Translations under genes and position numbers: made by a program
Shown: piece after piece, positions 37,638-47,333 of the stretch
Position numbering within the stretch: the stretch's first letter is position 1
Layout: each line of letters begins with the position of its first letter
Virus record (IMG/VR): IMGVR_UViG_3300031952_000010
Location: 27,512-91,511 of that record
Origin: a virus
Length of the DNA stretch: 64,000 nucleotides
Direction: 5' to 3' (one strand)
Notes under the pieces: model-generated
Databases searched by the model: none
What the model saw: the letters and a program-made list of their open reading frames with translations, nothing else
What the model was told of the DNA's origin: nothing

Positions 37638-38474
37638 ATGTATTATCAAACAAAAACCGTAACGCCATGTGCGTTCATCACAAAAGACAAATTACGTCTT
37701 AAACAATTTGGACATAATGTCTATCTTAAAAACGGGTCTGAATTCGAATTAGAATTATTCAACCCAACACAATCAAGTGTTTTAACAAAAATTAGAATCG
37801 ACGGAAATTATATTTCAGGTGGAGGAATTGTTCTTAAACCAGGACAACGAATTTATCTTGAGCGATTTTTAGACGATGCTAAAAAATTTAAATTTGAGAC
37901 TTACGAAGTTGAATCAACTTCTAATGAAGTACTAAACGCAATATCTAATAATGGTAATGTGGACGTAGAATTCTACGAGGAATTTATTAAACCAACCTAC
38001 CAACAACCCTTTTTGGTTAATTACCCGTTGGTTAACCCTTTAGTTAATTACCCGTCAACAAATCCAAACCCTTACTATGTAAACACTTTTACAACCACAG
38101 GTTTAAATAATACCGTATCTACGTATACATCAAGTGTTGGGTTTAATCCTTCAAATAGTGGTGACGCAACTTTAAGTTTTACCAACGGTTACTCAAATAA
38201 ATTTGAAAATAAACCAAGAAGTCAAAGTTTATCTAAAAAATCAAAATCAATAGAAACAGGTAGAGTTGAGAAGGGTGGTAACAGTAACCAATCCTTTAGA
38301 ACTGTTAATAAAGATTTTAATAGTTATACGGTATCAACATCTAACTGGAAAATACTTCCTGAGTCAGTTAAACCATACGAATCAAATGATTTAAAAGTTC
38401 ACTGTACTGAATGCGGAAGTAAGAGAAAGAAAGATTCTCATAAATTTTGTCCTAATTGCGGAACAAAATACTAA
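37638..38474 (+). CDS. Hypothetical protein with C-terminal zinc ribbon
   Basis: CTECG...FCPNCG; structured 5' leader. Confidence 0.75.
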   Translation: MYYQTKTVTPCAFITKDKLRLKQFGHNVYLKNGSEFELELFNPTQSSVLTKIRIDGNYISGGGIVLKPGQRIYLERFLDDAKKFKFETYEVESTSNEVLNAISNNGNVDVEFYEEFIKPTYQQPFLVNYPLVNPLVNYPSTNPNPYYVNTFTTTGLNNTVSTYTSSVGFNPSNSGDATLSFTNGYSNKFENKPRSQSLSKKSKSIETGRVEKGGNSNQSFRTVNKDFNSYTVSTSNWKILPESVKPYESNDLKVHCTECGSKRKKDSHKFCPNCGTKY

Positions 38475-38598
38475 AATAAAACAACAAGGTTTCAAAAAAT
38501 AAACCCCTTCTATTCGGAGGGGTTTTGTTTTTAATAAAAAATGCAGTATCTTTGTTCAAATAAAGGTGATGAAAAGAACAAGTAAAAAAAATTATACT

Positions 38599-39009
38599 AT
38601 GAAACAAAGAATATATTTGGATGATGTTAGAACTCCTGTAGAAAAAGACCAATGGATTGTTGTTAGAAATTACGATGAGTTCGTAACTAAAGTTACTGAA
38701 ATTGGTTTAGAGAATATTGGCTTGATTTCCTTGGACCACGACTTAGGTGATACTGCGATGGCGGAATGGCGTAAAAACGTTTACCACAACTACGAATTAA
38801 ATTACGATAACATCACTGAAAAAACAGGGATGGATTGTACTAAATGGTTAGTGGAAAAATGGATGGATGGTGAACCTGTTGTAGATGTAGTAATCCATTC
38901 AGCTAATGCTATTGGTAGTGCTAATATGATGGGATATATTAATAACTATCGTCACATTAATCGTTTACCACAAAATTGTGTAAGAGTACAAATCGAACAT
39001 ACTGTATAA
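38599..39009 (+). CDS. Cyclic-phosphate-processing receiver-like domain protein
   Basis: IYLDDVRTP, ISLDHDLG, TGMDC, HSAN. Confidence 0.8.
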   Translation: MKQRIYLDDVRTPVEKDQWIVVRNYDEFVTKVTEIGLENIGLISLDHDLGDTAMAEWRKNVYHNYELNYDNITEKTGMDCTKWLVEKWMDGEPVVDVVIHSANAIGSANMMGYINNYRHINRLPQNCVRVQIEHTV

Positions 39010-39011
39010 AA

Positions 39012-39503
39012 ATGAATATTTTCTTCTTAGATTTTGATGTTAAAAAGTGTGCGGAGTATCATTGTGACAAACACGTTGTTAAGATGATACTGGAAACCGC
39101 ACAACTTTTATGTTCGTCCCACCATGTTACAGGGGGAACTGCACCATATAAGTTATCACATAAAAACCACCCATGTTCAATATGGGTTCGGTCGTCGTTA
39201 TCTAATTACCTTTACTTATGTGAATTAGGGTTGGAGTTAGGTAAAGAATATACTCATCGTTATGGTAAAAAACATAAGTCAGTTGAGGTGATTGAATGGT
39301 GTTTGGTGAATAGACCTAATATCCGCGATATTGATTTCACATGTCCACCATTAGCAATGGGTGATGAATACAAAATAGGTAATGATGTTATTGAATCCTA
39401 CCGAAATTATTATAAAGGAGCCAAGTCAAAAATTGTTTCTTGGAAAAACAGAGAAAAACCTTTTTGGTTTGAAAAAAAAGAGTTAAATTTGCAATATGAT
39501 TAA
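39012..39503 (+). CDS. Pyrimidine-dimer DNA glycosylase/endonuclease V-like protein
   Basis: MNIFFLD, CDKHVVKMILETAQLL, HKNHPC, EYTHRYGKKH. Confidence 0.8.
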   Translation: MNIFFLDFDVKKCAEYHCDKHVVKMILETAQLLCSSHHVTGGTAPYKLSHKNHPCSIWVRSSLSNYLYLCELGLELGKEYTHRYGKKHKSVEVIEWCLVNRPNIRDIDFTCPPLAMGDEYKIGNDVIESYRNYYKGAKSKIVSWKNREKPFWFEKKELNLQYD

Positions 39504-40158
39504 GATAGATAAAGACTTTAAAGGAGATGTGTGGGTTTTTTCGGACCCACACTACAACCACAAAAATATATGTCGTGGTGTAACCGCGTGGCGTTTACCT
39601 GACGGAACTGTACCATTATCACAAACTCGTGATTTTGAAACAATCGACAAGATGAACGCATTGATAGTAAATAACATCAATGAAAATGTGATGCAAGACG
39701 ATATTTTAATTTGTCTTGGTGATTGGAGTTTCGGAGGTTTTGAATCAATCAAAGAATTTTGGGATAGAATTGTTTGTAAAAACATTCACCTTATTTTAGG
39801 TAACCATGACCATCACATTGAAAACAACCGAGACGGTTGTCAGGGATACTTCAAGAGTGTTTCTCATTACAACACTTTGAGAATTGACGAACACACGTTC
39901 CGATTGATGCACTACCCAATAAGTTCTTGGGATGGGTTAAATAAAGGTGTTATGCACCTTCACGGACACTGTCACTTACCAACTAGTTTACGTTTAGGTA
40001 AAGGACAACGATTAGATGTTGGTATGGATGGTCACCCTGAATTTCGACCATACAATATTCGACGTGAAGTTGTTCCTATGTTACGACACAGAGATAAAGT
40101 ATCTGAGATGGATAATGACCATCACACTGATGAAATAATTAATAAAGATAAAGGATAA
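39496..40158 (+). CDS. Calcineurin-like metallophosphoesterase
   Basis: SDPH, LGD, GNHD, HYP, HGHCH, DVGMD. Confidence 0.88.
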   Translation: MIKIDKDFKGDVWVFSDPHYNHKNICRGVTAWRLPDGTVPLSQTRDFETIDKMNALIVNNINENVMQDDILICLGDWSFGGFESIKEFWDRIVCKNIHLILGNHDHHIENNRDGCQGYFKSVSHYNTLRIDEHTFRLMHYPISSWDGLNKGVMHLHGHCHLPTSLRLGKGQRLDVGMDGHPEFRPYNIRREVVPMLRHRDKVSEMDNDHHTDEIINKDKG

Positions 40159-40162
40159 TAAT

Positions 40163-40435
40163 ATGAAACATGATAAAGACATTTTGATTTGCAGTTGCCA
40201 TTCAACTGACCACCAATTAATTGTTCTATACGAACAAGATGAAGATTTTCCGATGGTTTATTTCCACATTCATTTGAATGAAAGACCTTTTTGGGAAAGA
40301 TTGGTTTATGGTGTAAAATATATTTTTGGTAGAAAATCTAGATACGGAGCCTTTGATGAATTTATATTTAATCACGACGACGCTCACAAAGTTGAAAGAA
40401 TTTTAAAATATTTACGAGATGAAAAAACCGTGTAA
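40163..40435 (+). CDS. Hypothetical protein
   Basis: CSCHSTDH motif. Confidence 0.6.
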   Translation: MKHDKDILICSCHSTDHQLIVLYEQDEDFPMVYFHIHLNERPFWERLVYGVKYIFGRKSRYGAFDEFIFNHDDAHKVERILKYLRDEKTV

Positions 40436-40625
40436 GGAATGTCCTTGGGTTGTTAAAAACAAACATAACGAAATGATTACTAATCATTCGACAAAACATA
40501 ATAAACCCCATAATTGTCATATGATATCACCTGAAAAAAGAGGTGGGTTATGGGATGTAAAAGAAGAAACTAAATGTATAGGGAGAAAATTATATGAACA
40601 CAGAGAGAAAGTTAGCGAGTATTAG
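40419..40625 (+). CDS. Small Cys/His protein
   Basis: KPCKECPW...HNCH...C. Confidence 0.6.
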   Translation: MKKPCKECPWVVKNKHNEMITNHSTKHNKPHNCHMISPEKRGGLWDVKEETKCIGRKLYEHREKVSEY

Positions 40626-41616
40626 AATTATCAGTGACATCCAACCTATTGAGGGGGCTGATGTGATTGAATTAGCTATTGTCGACAGTTGGAAGGTTGT
40701 TGTTGCTAAGAATGTTGGTTATAAAGTGGGTGATATGGTTATCTACTGTGAAATCGATTCATTCTTACCAATCAAAGATGAATTTGAATTCTTAAGAAAG
40801 ACTTCGTATAAAAAAATGTCTGACGGAACGGAAGGATTTCGTTTAAAAACAATTAAAATGAGAGGGCAAGTTTCTCAGGGATTAATCTTACCAATGTCTG
40901 TTGTAGAATATACTAACGTAGATTTTGAAATTGGCGTGGATGTAACTAATTTATTAGGAATTAGTAAATACGAACCACCAATTCCTGCTGAATTATCAGG
41001 GAAAGTAAAAGGTTTATTCCCTTCTTTCTTACGTAAAACAGATGAGGAAAGAGTTCAAAACTTGACAAAAGAATATGAGAACTATAAATCATTAGGTCGT
41101 AAATTTTATGTGACTGAAAAATTGGATGGTTCTTCTGCAACATTTTACTTCAGAGACGGTGTATTTGGAGTATGTTCTCGTAACTTAGAATTACTTGAAA
41201 CTGAAGGTAACACTTTTTGGAGAGTTGCTCGTGAATTGGATTTGGAAAATAAAATGAAATCTTTGGGTAAAAACATTTCACTCCAAGGGGAATTAATTGG
41301 TGAAGGTATTCAAGGGAATCCTTACAAAATAAAAGGTCAAACTGTAAAATTCTTTAATTTGTTTAATATTGATTTACAAGTATATCATTCTTTATCTCAT
41401 TTGGATAGAGCTCTTGGTATTATGGGACTTAAAATGGTTCCAATTGTTGATGAGTTTTTCAAATTACCTGAAACTATTGAAACTTTATTAAAATATGCGG
41501 ATAATAAATCAATATTAAACCCAAAATTTAATAGAGAGGGAATTGTCATTCGTTCTAACGATAGAACCATCAGTTTCAAGGTTATTAGTAATAAATTCTT
41601 ATTAAACGAAAAATAA
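40594..41616 (+). CDS. RNA ligase (DRB0094/Rnl2-like with N-terminal OB domain)
   Basis: RKLASI..I..I.PIEGAD, KTDEERVQN, TEKLDGSS, QGELIG, EGIV, FKVISNKFLL. Confidence 0.9.
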   Translation: MNTERKLASIRIISDIQPIEGADVIELAIVDSWKVVVAKNVGYKVGDMVIYCEIDSFLPIKDEFEFLRKTSYKKMSDGTEGFRLKTIKMRGQVSQGLILPMSVVEYTNVDFEIGVDVTNLLGISKYEPPIPAELSGKVKGLFPSFLRKTDEERVQNLTKEYENYKSLGRKFYVTEKLDGSSATFYFRDGVFGVCSRNLELLETEGNTFWRVARELDLENKMKSLGKNISLQGELIGEGIQGNPYKIKGQTVKFFNLFNIDLQVYHSLSHLDRALGIMGLKMVPIVDEFFKLPETIETLLKYADNKSILNPKFNREGIVIRSNDRTISFKVISNKFLLNEK

Positions 41617-41834
41617 TGGAAGAAAAGAATATTAGAAGAACCTTAATACGAGAGGAACTCAACGATAAACAACAGAAAATGTATGATGAATGGTTGTCTC
41701 ACATTAAAGCGATTTATGGTAGTTACGGTTTATTTACTTGGAAAATAACCCCAAACGGTATTGATAGTGAAATTGTAATTTATAGTCACCATACAAAAAC
41801 AGAATTAGATTTAACCGACGTTGATAGTTGGTAA
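41616..41834 (+). CDS. Hypothetical protein
   Basis: 72-aa ORF ending DLTDVDSW. Confidence 0.6.
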   Translation: MEEKNIRRTLIREELNDKQQKMYDEWLSHIKAIYGSYGLFTWKITPNGIDSEIVIYSHHTKTELDLTDVDSW

Positions 41835-41861
41835 TTAATAAAAAAGTATTACCTTTGTGAC

Positions 41862-42944
41862 ATGTTAGAAAGATTGAACAAATATTATGATGAGGGTTTG
41901 ATGCAAAAACAATCGCACCCAACCCTTCCTTTAACTATATGGAACTACACCCCAAAAGTTCAATACGGGGTGACTGGTGACCAATATAAGTTATGGGATG
42001 ATATCACTGTACAATGTAGAGGATTAGTCACTGACAATAACGGAGTTGTTGTTGCAAGACCATTTAAAAAATTCTTCAACATAGAAGAAAACCGACATAT
42101 CTCAACTTCAGATTTTGAAGTATATGAGAAAATGGACGGTTCTTTAGGAATCTTATTCAACTATAAGGGAGAATGGGTTCTTGCGACTCGTGGTTCTTTC
42201 ACTTCTGACCAATCAGTTAAAGGTACTGAGTTACTTCAAAAATACGATTATAACAAATTACATCCTGATTACACTTATTTATTTGAAATAATCTATCCTG
42301 AAAACAGAATAGTTTGCTCTTATAATTTTGAGGATTTAGTTTTGTTAGGAATGATACACACTGAAAGTGGTGTTGAGGTTGATATCCATTTAGGTAATAA
42401 TAACGATGTTAGGTTTAAAAATTTATTAAATAATCTTGAGTTAAATATTGTTAAAAAATACGACGGTATCAAAGATTATACTTTTTTGAAACGTATGATA
42501 GCGGATTCTAAAGAGGGTTTTGTTGTTAGATTCTCAAATGGTGATAGGATAAAAATAAAAGGTGAAGAATACCTTCGTCTTCATAAAATAATGACTAACG
42601 TATCAACAACTGCGGTTTGGGAGGTTCTAAGTTCTGGCGGTGATATGGAGGAAATAATAAAAGATGTACCTGATGAGTTCTACAAGAAAATAAAAATGTA
42701 TGTTCAGGAGCTTAATTATCAGTTTTACCGTTATTCAGAATATGCTGGTAAGATTCATGATTATTTCCGATACGGTAAGTATGGTGATAACGAAAAAGAA
42801 TATAGTAAAAAAGAATTTGCAGAACATTTGGTGAAATGTGATGTACATCCTAAAGTAAAATCTATCTGTTTCGCTATGTGGGACCAAAAACCATATGACC
42901 ATATCATATGGAATTTACTTAAACCAAAATTCGAAAAACTATAA
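41862..42944 (+). CDS. T4 RNA ligase 1 (Rnl1)-like protein
   Basis: CRGL, RPFKKFFN, EKMDGSL, ATRGSF, FEII, EGFVV, KIKGEEY. Confidence 0.9.
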   Translation: MLERLNKYYDEGLMQKQSHPTLPLTIWNYTPKVQYGVTGDQYKLWDDITVQCRGLVTDNNGVVVARPFKKFFNIEENRHISTSDFEVYEKMDGSLGILFNYKGEWVLATRGSFTSDQSVKGTELLQKYDYNKLHPDYTYLFEIIYPENRIVCSYNFEDLVLLGMIHTESGVEVDIHLGNNNDVRFKNLLNNLELNIVKKYDGIKDYTFLKRMIADSKEGFVVRFSNGDRIKIKGEEYLRLHKIMTNVSTTAVWEVLSSGGDMEEIIKDVPDEFYKKIKMYVQELNYQFYRYSEYAGKIHDYFRYGKYGDNEKEYSKKEFAEHLVKCDVHPKVKSICFAMWDQKPYDHIIWNLLKPKFEKL

Positions 42945-43006
42945 AACACGACATAAAGTCGTGTTTTTTTTATTATCATTATATTTATTAATAAAAAATA
43001 TTTATA

Positions 43007-43612
43007 ATGTCAACAGAAGTTATTGTAGCGTTTATAACAGGGGTATTAGGACCAGTTATTCTTCTATATGCAAAAAACAAATTTGAGAAGAACAAAGAAA
43101 AACCTGACATGGTTAAAGAAGCACTACAAGTTAGTGAATTGATAACTTCAAAGATTGAACATATTAAAGATGAATTTAAGTCCGATAGAGTTTGGATAAC
43201 ACAATTCCATAACGGAGGTCATTATTATCCAACAGGTAAATCTATGGCTAAATTCAGTGTTATTTATGAGACTGTTTCCCAAAATACAAATTCAATTCAA
43301 GCAAATTTTCAAAACATCCCTGTTAATTTATTTAGTAAGTCTATCAATTATTTATTAGAAAATAATGTGATTGAAATTGCCGACTACACAAACGCAAATA
43401 TCGCAACTCACGGGTTAAAATATATTGCAACAGACACAGGTTGTAAATCAGGGTATTTATTCGCAATAAAAACAATTGATAATAAGTTTATTGGGACCTT
43501 AGGTTTAGATTTTTCAAAAAGAAAAACAAACCTTGATATAGAATCAATAAATCACTTACAAGTTCACGCAACTGCAATAGGTGGCGTTCTTATGGGACAC
43601 CTAAATGGTTAA
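43007..43612 (+). CDS. N-terminal TM plus GAF-like domain protein (possible holin-type)
   Basis: TM VIVAFITGVLGPVILLY; DRVWITQFHNG...FIGTLGLDF; sits upstream of cell-wall peptidase genes. Confidence 0.55.
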   Translation: MSTEVIVAFITGVLGPVILLYAKNKFEKNKEKPDMVKEALQVSELITSKIEHIKDEFKSDRVWITQFHNGGHYYPTGKSMAKFSVIYETVSQNTNSIQANFQNIPVNLFSKSINYLLENNVIEIADYTNANIATHGLKYIATDTGCKSGYLFAIKTIDNKFIGTLGLDFSKRKTNLDIESINHLQVHATAIGGVLMGHLNG

Positions 43613-43641
43613 CAAATCGAAATCTCATTATATTTATTAAG

Positions 43642-44310
43642 ATGAGACGATTATTAAACGAAACTTTACAAATACCAGACCCTTCAGATTATACAAACAC
43701 TGACTTCAAACCGTTTGTTGTTGGTAGAAGTAATCCGTTAGCAGATAAGATAAATCCATCCTTATTAAAAGATGTTGATACTGCAGCCAAAAAAGCTAAT
43801 ATTAAAGTTAGTATCACAACCGCGGTTAGTGGTCACGATAAAGGTTCTCGACATGAAAAAGGTTTAGCAGTTGATATAGCCATGATTAATGGTCAAGGAT
43901 ATGGTAGTGAAAAAGCTGCAAAACAAAAAGGTATTTACGACGACATTATGAGATTTGTTTCTGAGTTAGAAAAACTTGGATATACTAAAAATAGTGAATC
44001 GGGTAATGATAAAGCCGTTTTAACATTTGGGTTCCCAAATCACCATCACCATGTACATGTTTCAAGGAATTCAGATACTGGAGTGTCAGATAGTAATGGT
44101 AATGTTACTACAAACCCTAAACCTGATTCACAGGAAACTCCTGACTCAGGTGAAAACTACGATAATATTGATTTTGATACTTCGTCAGATAGTGATAACG
44201 TAATCCAAAAATTTTTAAATCCATTGTTAAGTACATTAGGATTTAAAGAAGGTGAAGAACCAACCAATAAATTAGTTGAGGATATCCAACGAATTAAAAA
44301 TTTATTATAA
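43642..44310 (+). CDS. Zinc peptidase, M15/Hedgehog-like fold
   Basis: SRHEKGLAVDI ... HHHHVHVS. Confidence 0.7.
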   Translation: MRRLLNETLQIPDPSDYTNTDFKPFVVGRSNPLADKINPSLLKDVDTAAKKANIKVSITTAVSGHDKGSRHEKGLAVDIAMINGQGYGSEKAAKQKGIYDDIMRFVSELEKLGYTKNSESGNDKAVLTFGFPNHHHHVHVSRNSDTGVSDSNGNVTTNPKPDSQETPDSGENYDNIDFDTSSDSDNVIQKFLNPLLSTLGFKEGEEPTNKLVEDIQRIKNLL

Positions 44311-44933
44311 TGGAAAAATTTACTAATCCAGCACCATATGGTAATATGAAATCATCAATAATGTCAAAATCTGTTGATTTAATTTCATATCCAAATTCAA
44401 AATTAATAAATCCGTATGATGGTGTTATTGTTTTTGACAGAACTCCTTCTTGTGAAAACTTAATTAAAATTAAACATGAGTTTAATGGCGATAATGTATA
44501 TTCTGAATTTTGTAATGTTGGTAAGTCATTTGTTTCACCAGGAGATAGAATAAAACAAGGTCAAATTATTGGACATTTCACTGACGATAGAATTGGGTAC
44601 TCAATTAAAAACGATGATGATAAAAAATTAGACGTGTCAAAATATATGGAAGGGTTTAAAACTAAAAAAGAGGAACCTAAAAAAGAGGAACCTAAAAAAG
44701 AGGAACCTAAAAAAGAAGACCCTGAAAAAAAGATTAATAAACTTGATGTCGGTAATAAAGACGTTGGTTCTGGTAATATATTCTTAGATACTTTACTATC
44801 CCCATTTTCAATTGCAAACGATATTACAAGTGGTGTTGGTAAAGAGATTAAGAAAGCCTTTAAAGAAGATTACGGTGGTAATAAAAGACTTACAGAACAA
44901 ATAGATAAGATTAAAAAAATTATAAAGTATTAA
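44310..44933 (+). CDS. Degenerate M23-like protein with KKEEP repeats
   Basis: PYDGVI, IKIKH, VSPGDRIKQGQIIG; catalytic HxH absent. Confidence 0.6.
   Translation: MEKFTNPAPYGNMKSSIMSKSVDLISYPNSKLINPYDGVIVFDRTPSCENLIKIKHEFNGDNVYSEFCNVGKSFVSPGDRIKQGQIIGHFTDDRIGYSIKNDDDKKLDVSKYMEGFKTKKEEPKKEEPKKEEPKKEDPEKKINKLDVGNKDVGSGNIFLDTLLSPFSIANDITSGVGKEIKKAFKEDYGGNKRLTEQIDKIKKIIKY
44665..44716 (+). repeat. 15-nt coding tandem repeat (KKEEP x3)
   Basis: AAAAAGAGGAACCTA repeated. Confidence 0.85.
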
Positions 44934-44962
44934 AAAACCCCCTTTTCAGGGGGTTTTGTTTT

Positions 44963-45145
44963 TTACTTAACAGAATGAACTGAAGTGGTGTCTACTAAAG
45001 TAGAGTCTACACTGATTTTAGTTGAGTCTGTGGCTACAGATATACTGTCTGCCGTTGTTAGAGTTTCCTCAGTTTTAGTTGATTGTCCACAAGATGTAAT
45101 CATCATTGTTCCTGCAACCAACATAGTGAAAATTACTTTTTTCAT
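44963..45145 (-). CDS. Small lipoprotein
   Basis: MKKVIFTMLVAGTMMITSC lipobox; Thr/Asp/Ser-rich tail. Confidence 0.75.
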   Translation of the reverse strand: MKKVIFTMLVAGTMMITSCGQSTKTEETLTTADSISVATDSTKISVDSTLVDTTSVHSVK

Positions 45146-45380
45146 GTTATGTTTGTTTGTTTTTATTGATAAATAAATAGGTGATTGTTGACGTAAAATC
45201 AACTTATACTTTAAAATAATTTAGATTTTCTTAATAAAGTACACTATTTATCTAAAAAATAAAAAAATATACTGTTTAGGTATTGTTAGAACAGTTTTTT
45301 TTACTATCTTTGTAAAACAATTCAGGGAAATGGTTGGAGTATCTGTAAAACCGTGGATTCCTAACCTTGAAAAAAAAAAC

Positions 45381-45514
45381 AAAAAAAGATTTGGTAAATC
45401 AAAAAACTTTACCTACCTTTGTACAACAAAAGAGATAGACAACAATTCAGATACAAATCTCAAAAAAAAATAAAAAAAGATTTGGTAAATCAAAAAACTT
45501 TACCTATCTTTGTA
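45381..45514 (+). promoter_or_regulatory. Duplicated 43-nt promoter unit (tandem promoters) upstream of the large ncRNA
   Basis: 45381-45423 and 45472-45514 differ at one base; each has TTTG...TAyCTTTG; a third TATCTTTG at 45305. Confidence 0.85.
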
Positions 45515-45538
45515 AAACAAATCGGAAGAGTCCGAAAC

Positions 45539-45550
45539 GTTCTTTGAAAA
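45539..45550 (+). promoter_or_regulatory. boxA element after a boxB-like hairpin
   Basis: TCGGA-agag-TCCGA then GTTCTTTGAAAA. Confidence 0.7.
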
Positions 45551-45559
45551 ATATTATTT

Positions 45560-46435
45560 ATCCGTCAGGATGTTGATGCTGAGACCTTCGGGTTGATTCT
45601 GAGATAACTGAGAAAGATAATCGGCCGTATATGGTCGTTAAATAAACCTCGAAAGGGGGATAAAGTGGAATCATCTGTGTTAGTGGTTCTGCGGTTTGGG
45701 AAACCAAACTCAAGTATACAAGTGGGATATCAGTGAGCCTGTAGTACCGAGGATGACTTCGTAGGGAAATGGAAAACTGAATGGGCAATGTGGATTGTCT
45801 GTTTGAGGTGGGAACACCAATAAGAATAACCCATAGGAATCAAGTGAGAAGTGTACTTCCAAATACACAATTGCGGGTTCCAATATAAAAGGTGACTTAA
45901 AACCGAAGGGGTAATACCTGAAGGTAAGATATAGAACGAGTGGTGTCGCTAATATCCTTACCAAAGGCCTACCAAGGTCTTGGTACGAAGTAATCTTAAA
46001 ATATGAGAGTGGGGACACTCTACTGAGTAGAAAAGTATCTTGTTATTCAAAAGATAACGAGGCTTAAGACGGACCTCTACTTGGAACCATCCACAACACT
46101 AAAAACTTATATGCTATTTTAAGTAAAACTAAAAAACAGATAAGCAAAAGTGTTCGTCAGGGTTTGATGAAAGTCGCCTACACAGTCACGGGTTGTCCGT
46201 GGCATACAGAGACCGCAAGTTAATGTATATTTTTACAAAAAACCTCTAGGGAGTCGAATCCCGAGTTAGTTCGCAAGACTGAAGAGAGTAGAGTAGTAAA
46301 AGAGTAGTTGAACCCTTTAGGAGTGATTGGTCTAACCAATCGGCGATGAGGATTACCATTCAAAAGATGGTGGAAATGAAGGGAAACAATAATCCTTCTA
46401 AAGATTCTCACAAAACGGTGTATTCTCAGCCTTTT
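45560..46435 (+). ncRNA. Large ornate ncRNA (~0.85 kb; GOLLD-like or novel)
   Basis: No credible ORF; raised GC; many hairpins with UUCG/GNRA loops; GCTGAGA (45578) complementary to TCTCAGC (46424). Confidence 0.75.
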
Positions 46436-46830
46436 AGCCTAACTATGAAAACAGTGACTCCAACCGAGGTAATTACGGTATATTCCTCGAGGTAATGAGT
46501 TTAAACTTCCCCTTAAAAAAGTCCCATAGAGTGTGTTTTTGGTTTTTTACTATGTTACAACCTTTATCTACTCTGATTGAGAAATCCAAAAAACAAGTGT
46601 GTTTGTGTCAAGATAAGACATCTTCTCTAAAAGATAAAAAACATCAACACCGATATTCTTAGGTTGTGGATTTTTATGATAACCACAGGTTTTTTATAGG
46701 TGTCTAAATAAGTAAAAAACTAAAAAACATAGACGTTTAGGTCGCGAATTCACCTCACGATAGAAGGTCCCATTCGGTGTCACAAACTGATGGAGTGGTT
46801 AAGGTTGTACCACTGAGTAAAAAGCCCAAC

Positions 46831-46862
46831 GGGAGTAACATGACGATGTTACTCCCTTTTTT
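46831..46862 (+). terminator. Intrinsic terminator of the ncRNA transcript
   Basis: GGGAGTAACAT-gacg-ATGTTACTCCC-TTTTTT. Confidence 0.9.
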
Positions 46863-46947
46863 ATGCTATAAAAACTAATTTTTGTACAACACCAAATAAT
46901 AATTTTACCGCATAAAAAAACCCCATCCGAAGATGAGGTTTAATGAG

Positions 46948-47333
46948 TGGAGGTAGAGGGGTTCGAACCCTCGTGTTGTACACCTTACCTATTAAGGACT
47001 ACACGCTTAGGATAACATTTTCTAATGTTCCAAAAATATTTAGTTTGTTCTTCACCATCGTAAACTAACAACCAATGGACGACTCGATTTTGGGTTCAGT
47101 CATTTTTCCACCTTTGTAAAGACTTCTGTTCCTAGGTTGTATGTCCACCGACCCGTATGGTGTTTCCTATATGTTAGGCAACAACCGCAGCGTCTTCACG
47201 GATTAATCCGATGGTCGCCATTTTGTCTAAAACGTTTCCGTTTACAGTTTACATCCGTAGATTTAAGTGATAGGATACATCTCACTGCGTGCCCCGAATA
47301 ACTAACAATGCCAGTCAATTCCAAGTTACCCCC
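46948..47333 (-). ncRNA. ssrA: tmRNA
   Basis: 5' GGGGGUA pairs with 3' UACCUCC-A including G3.U; T arm GAGGGUUCGAACCCCUC; tag ORF 47239-47174 GNVLDKMATIGLIREDAAVVA; boxA upstream, terminator downstream. Confidence 0.92.

Noticed and set aside
45558-46411. Minus-strand ORFs 45558, 45710 and 46220
   Set aside because: Antisense to a strongly promoted structured RNA, with atypical composition and no initiation signals.
45560-46435. rRNA fragment or intron
   Set aside because: Despite rrn-like expression signals, I found no universal rRNA motifs and no interrupted exon flanks.
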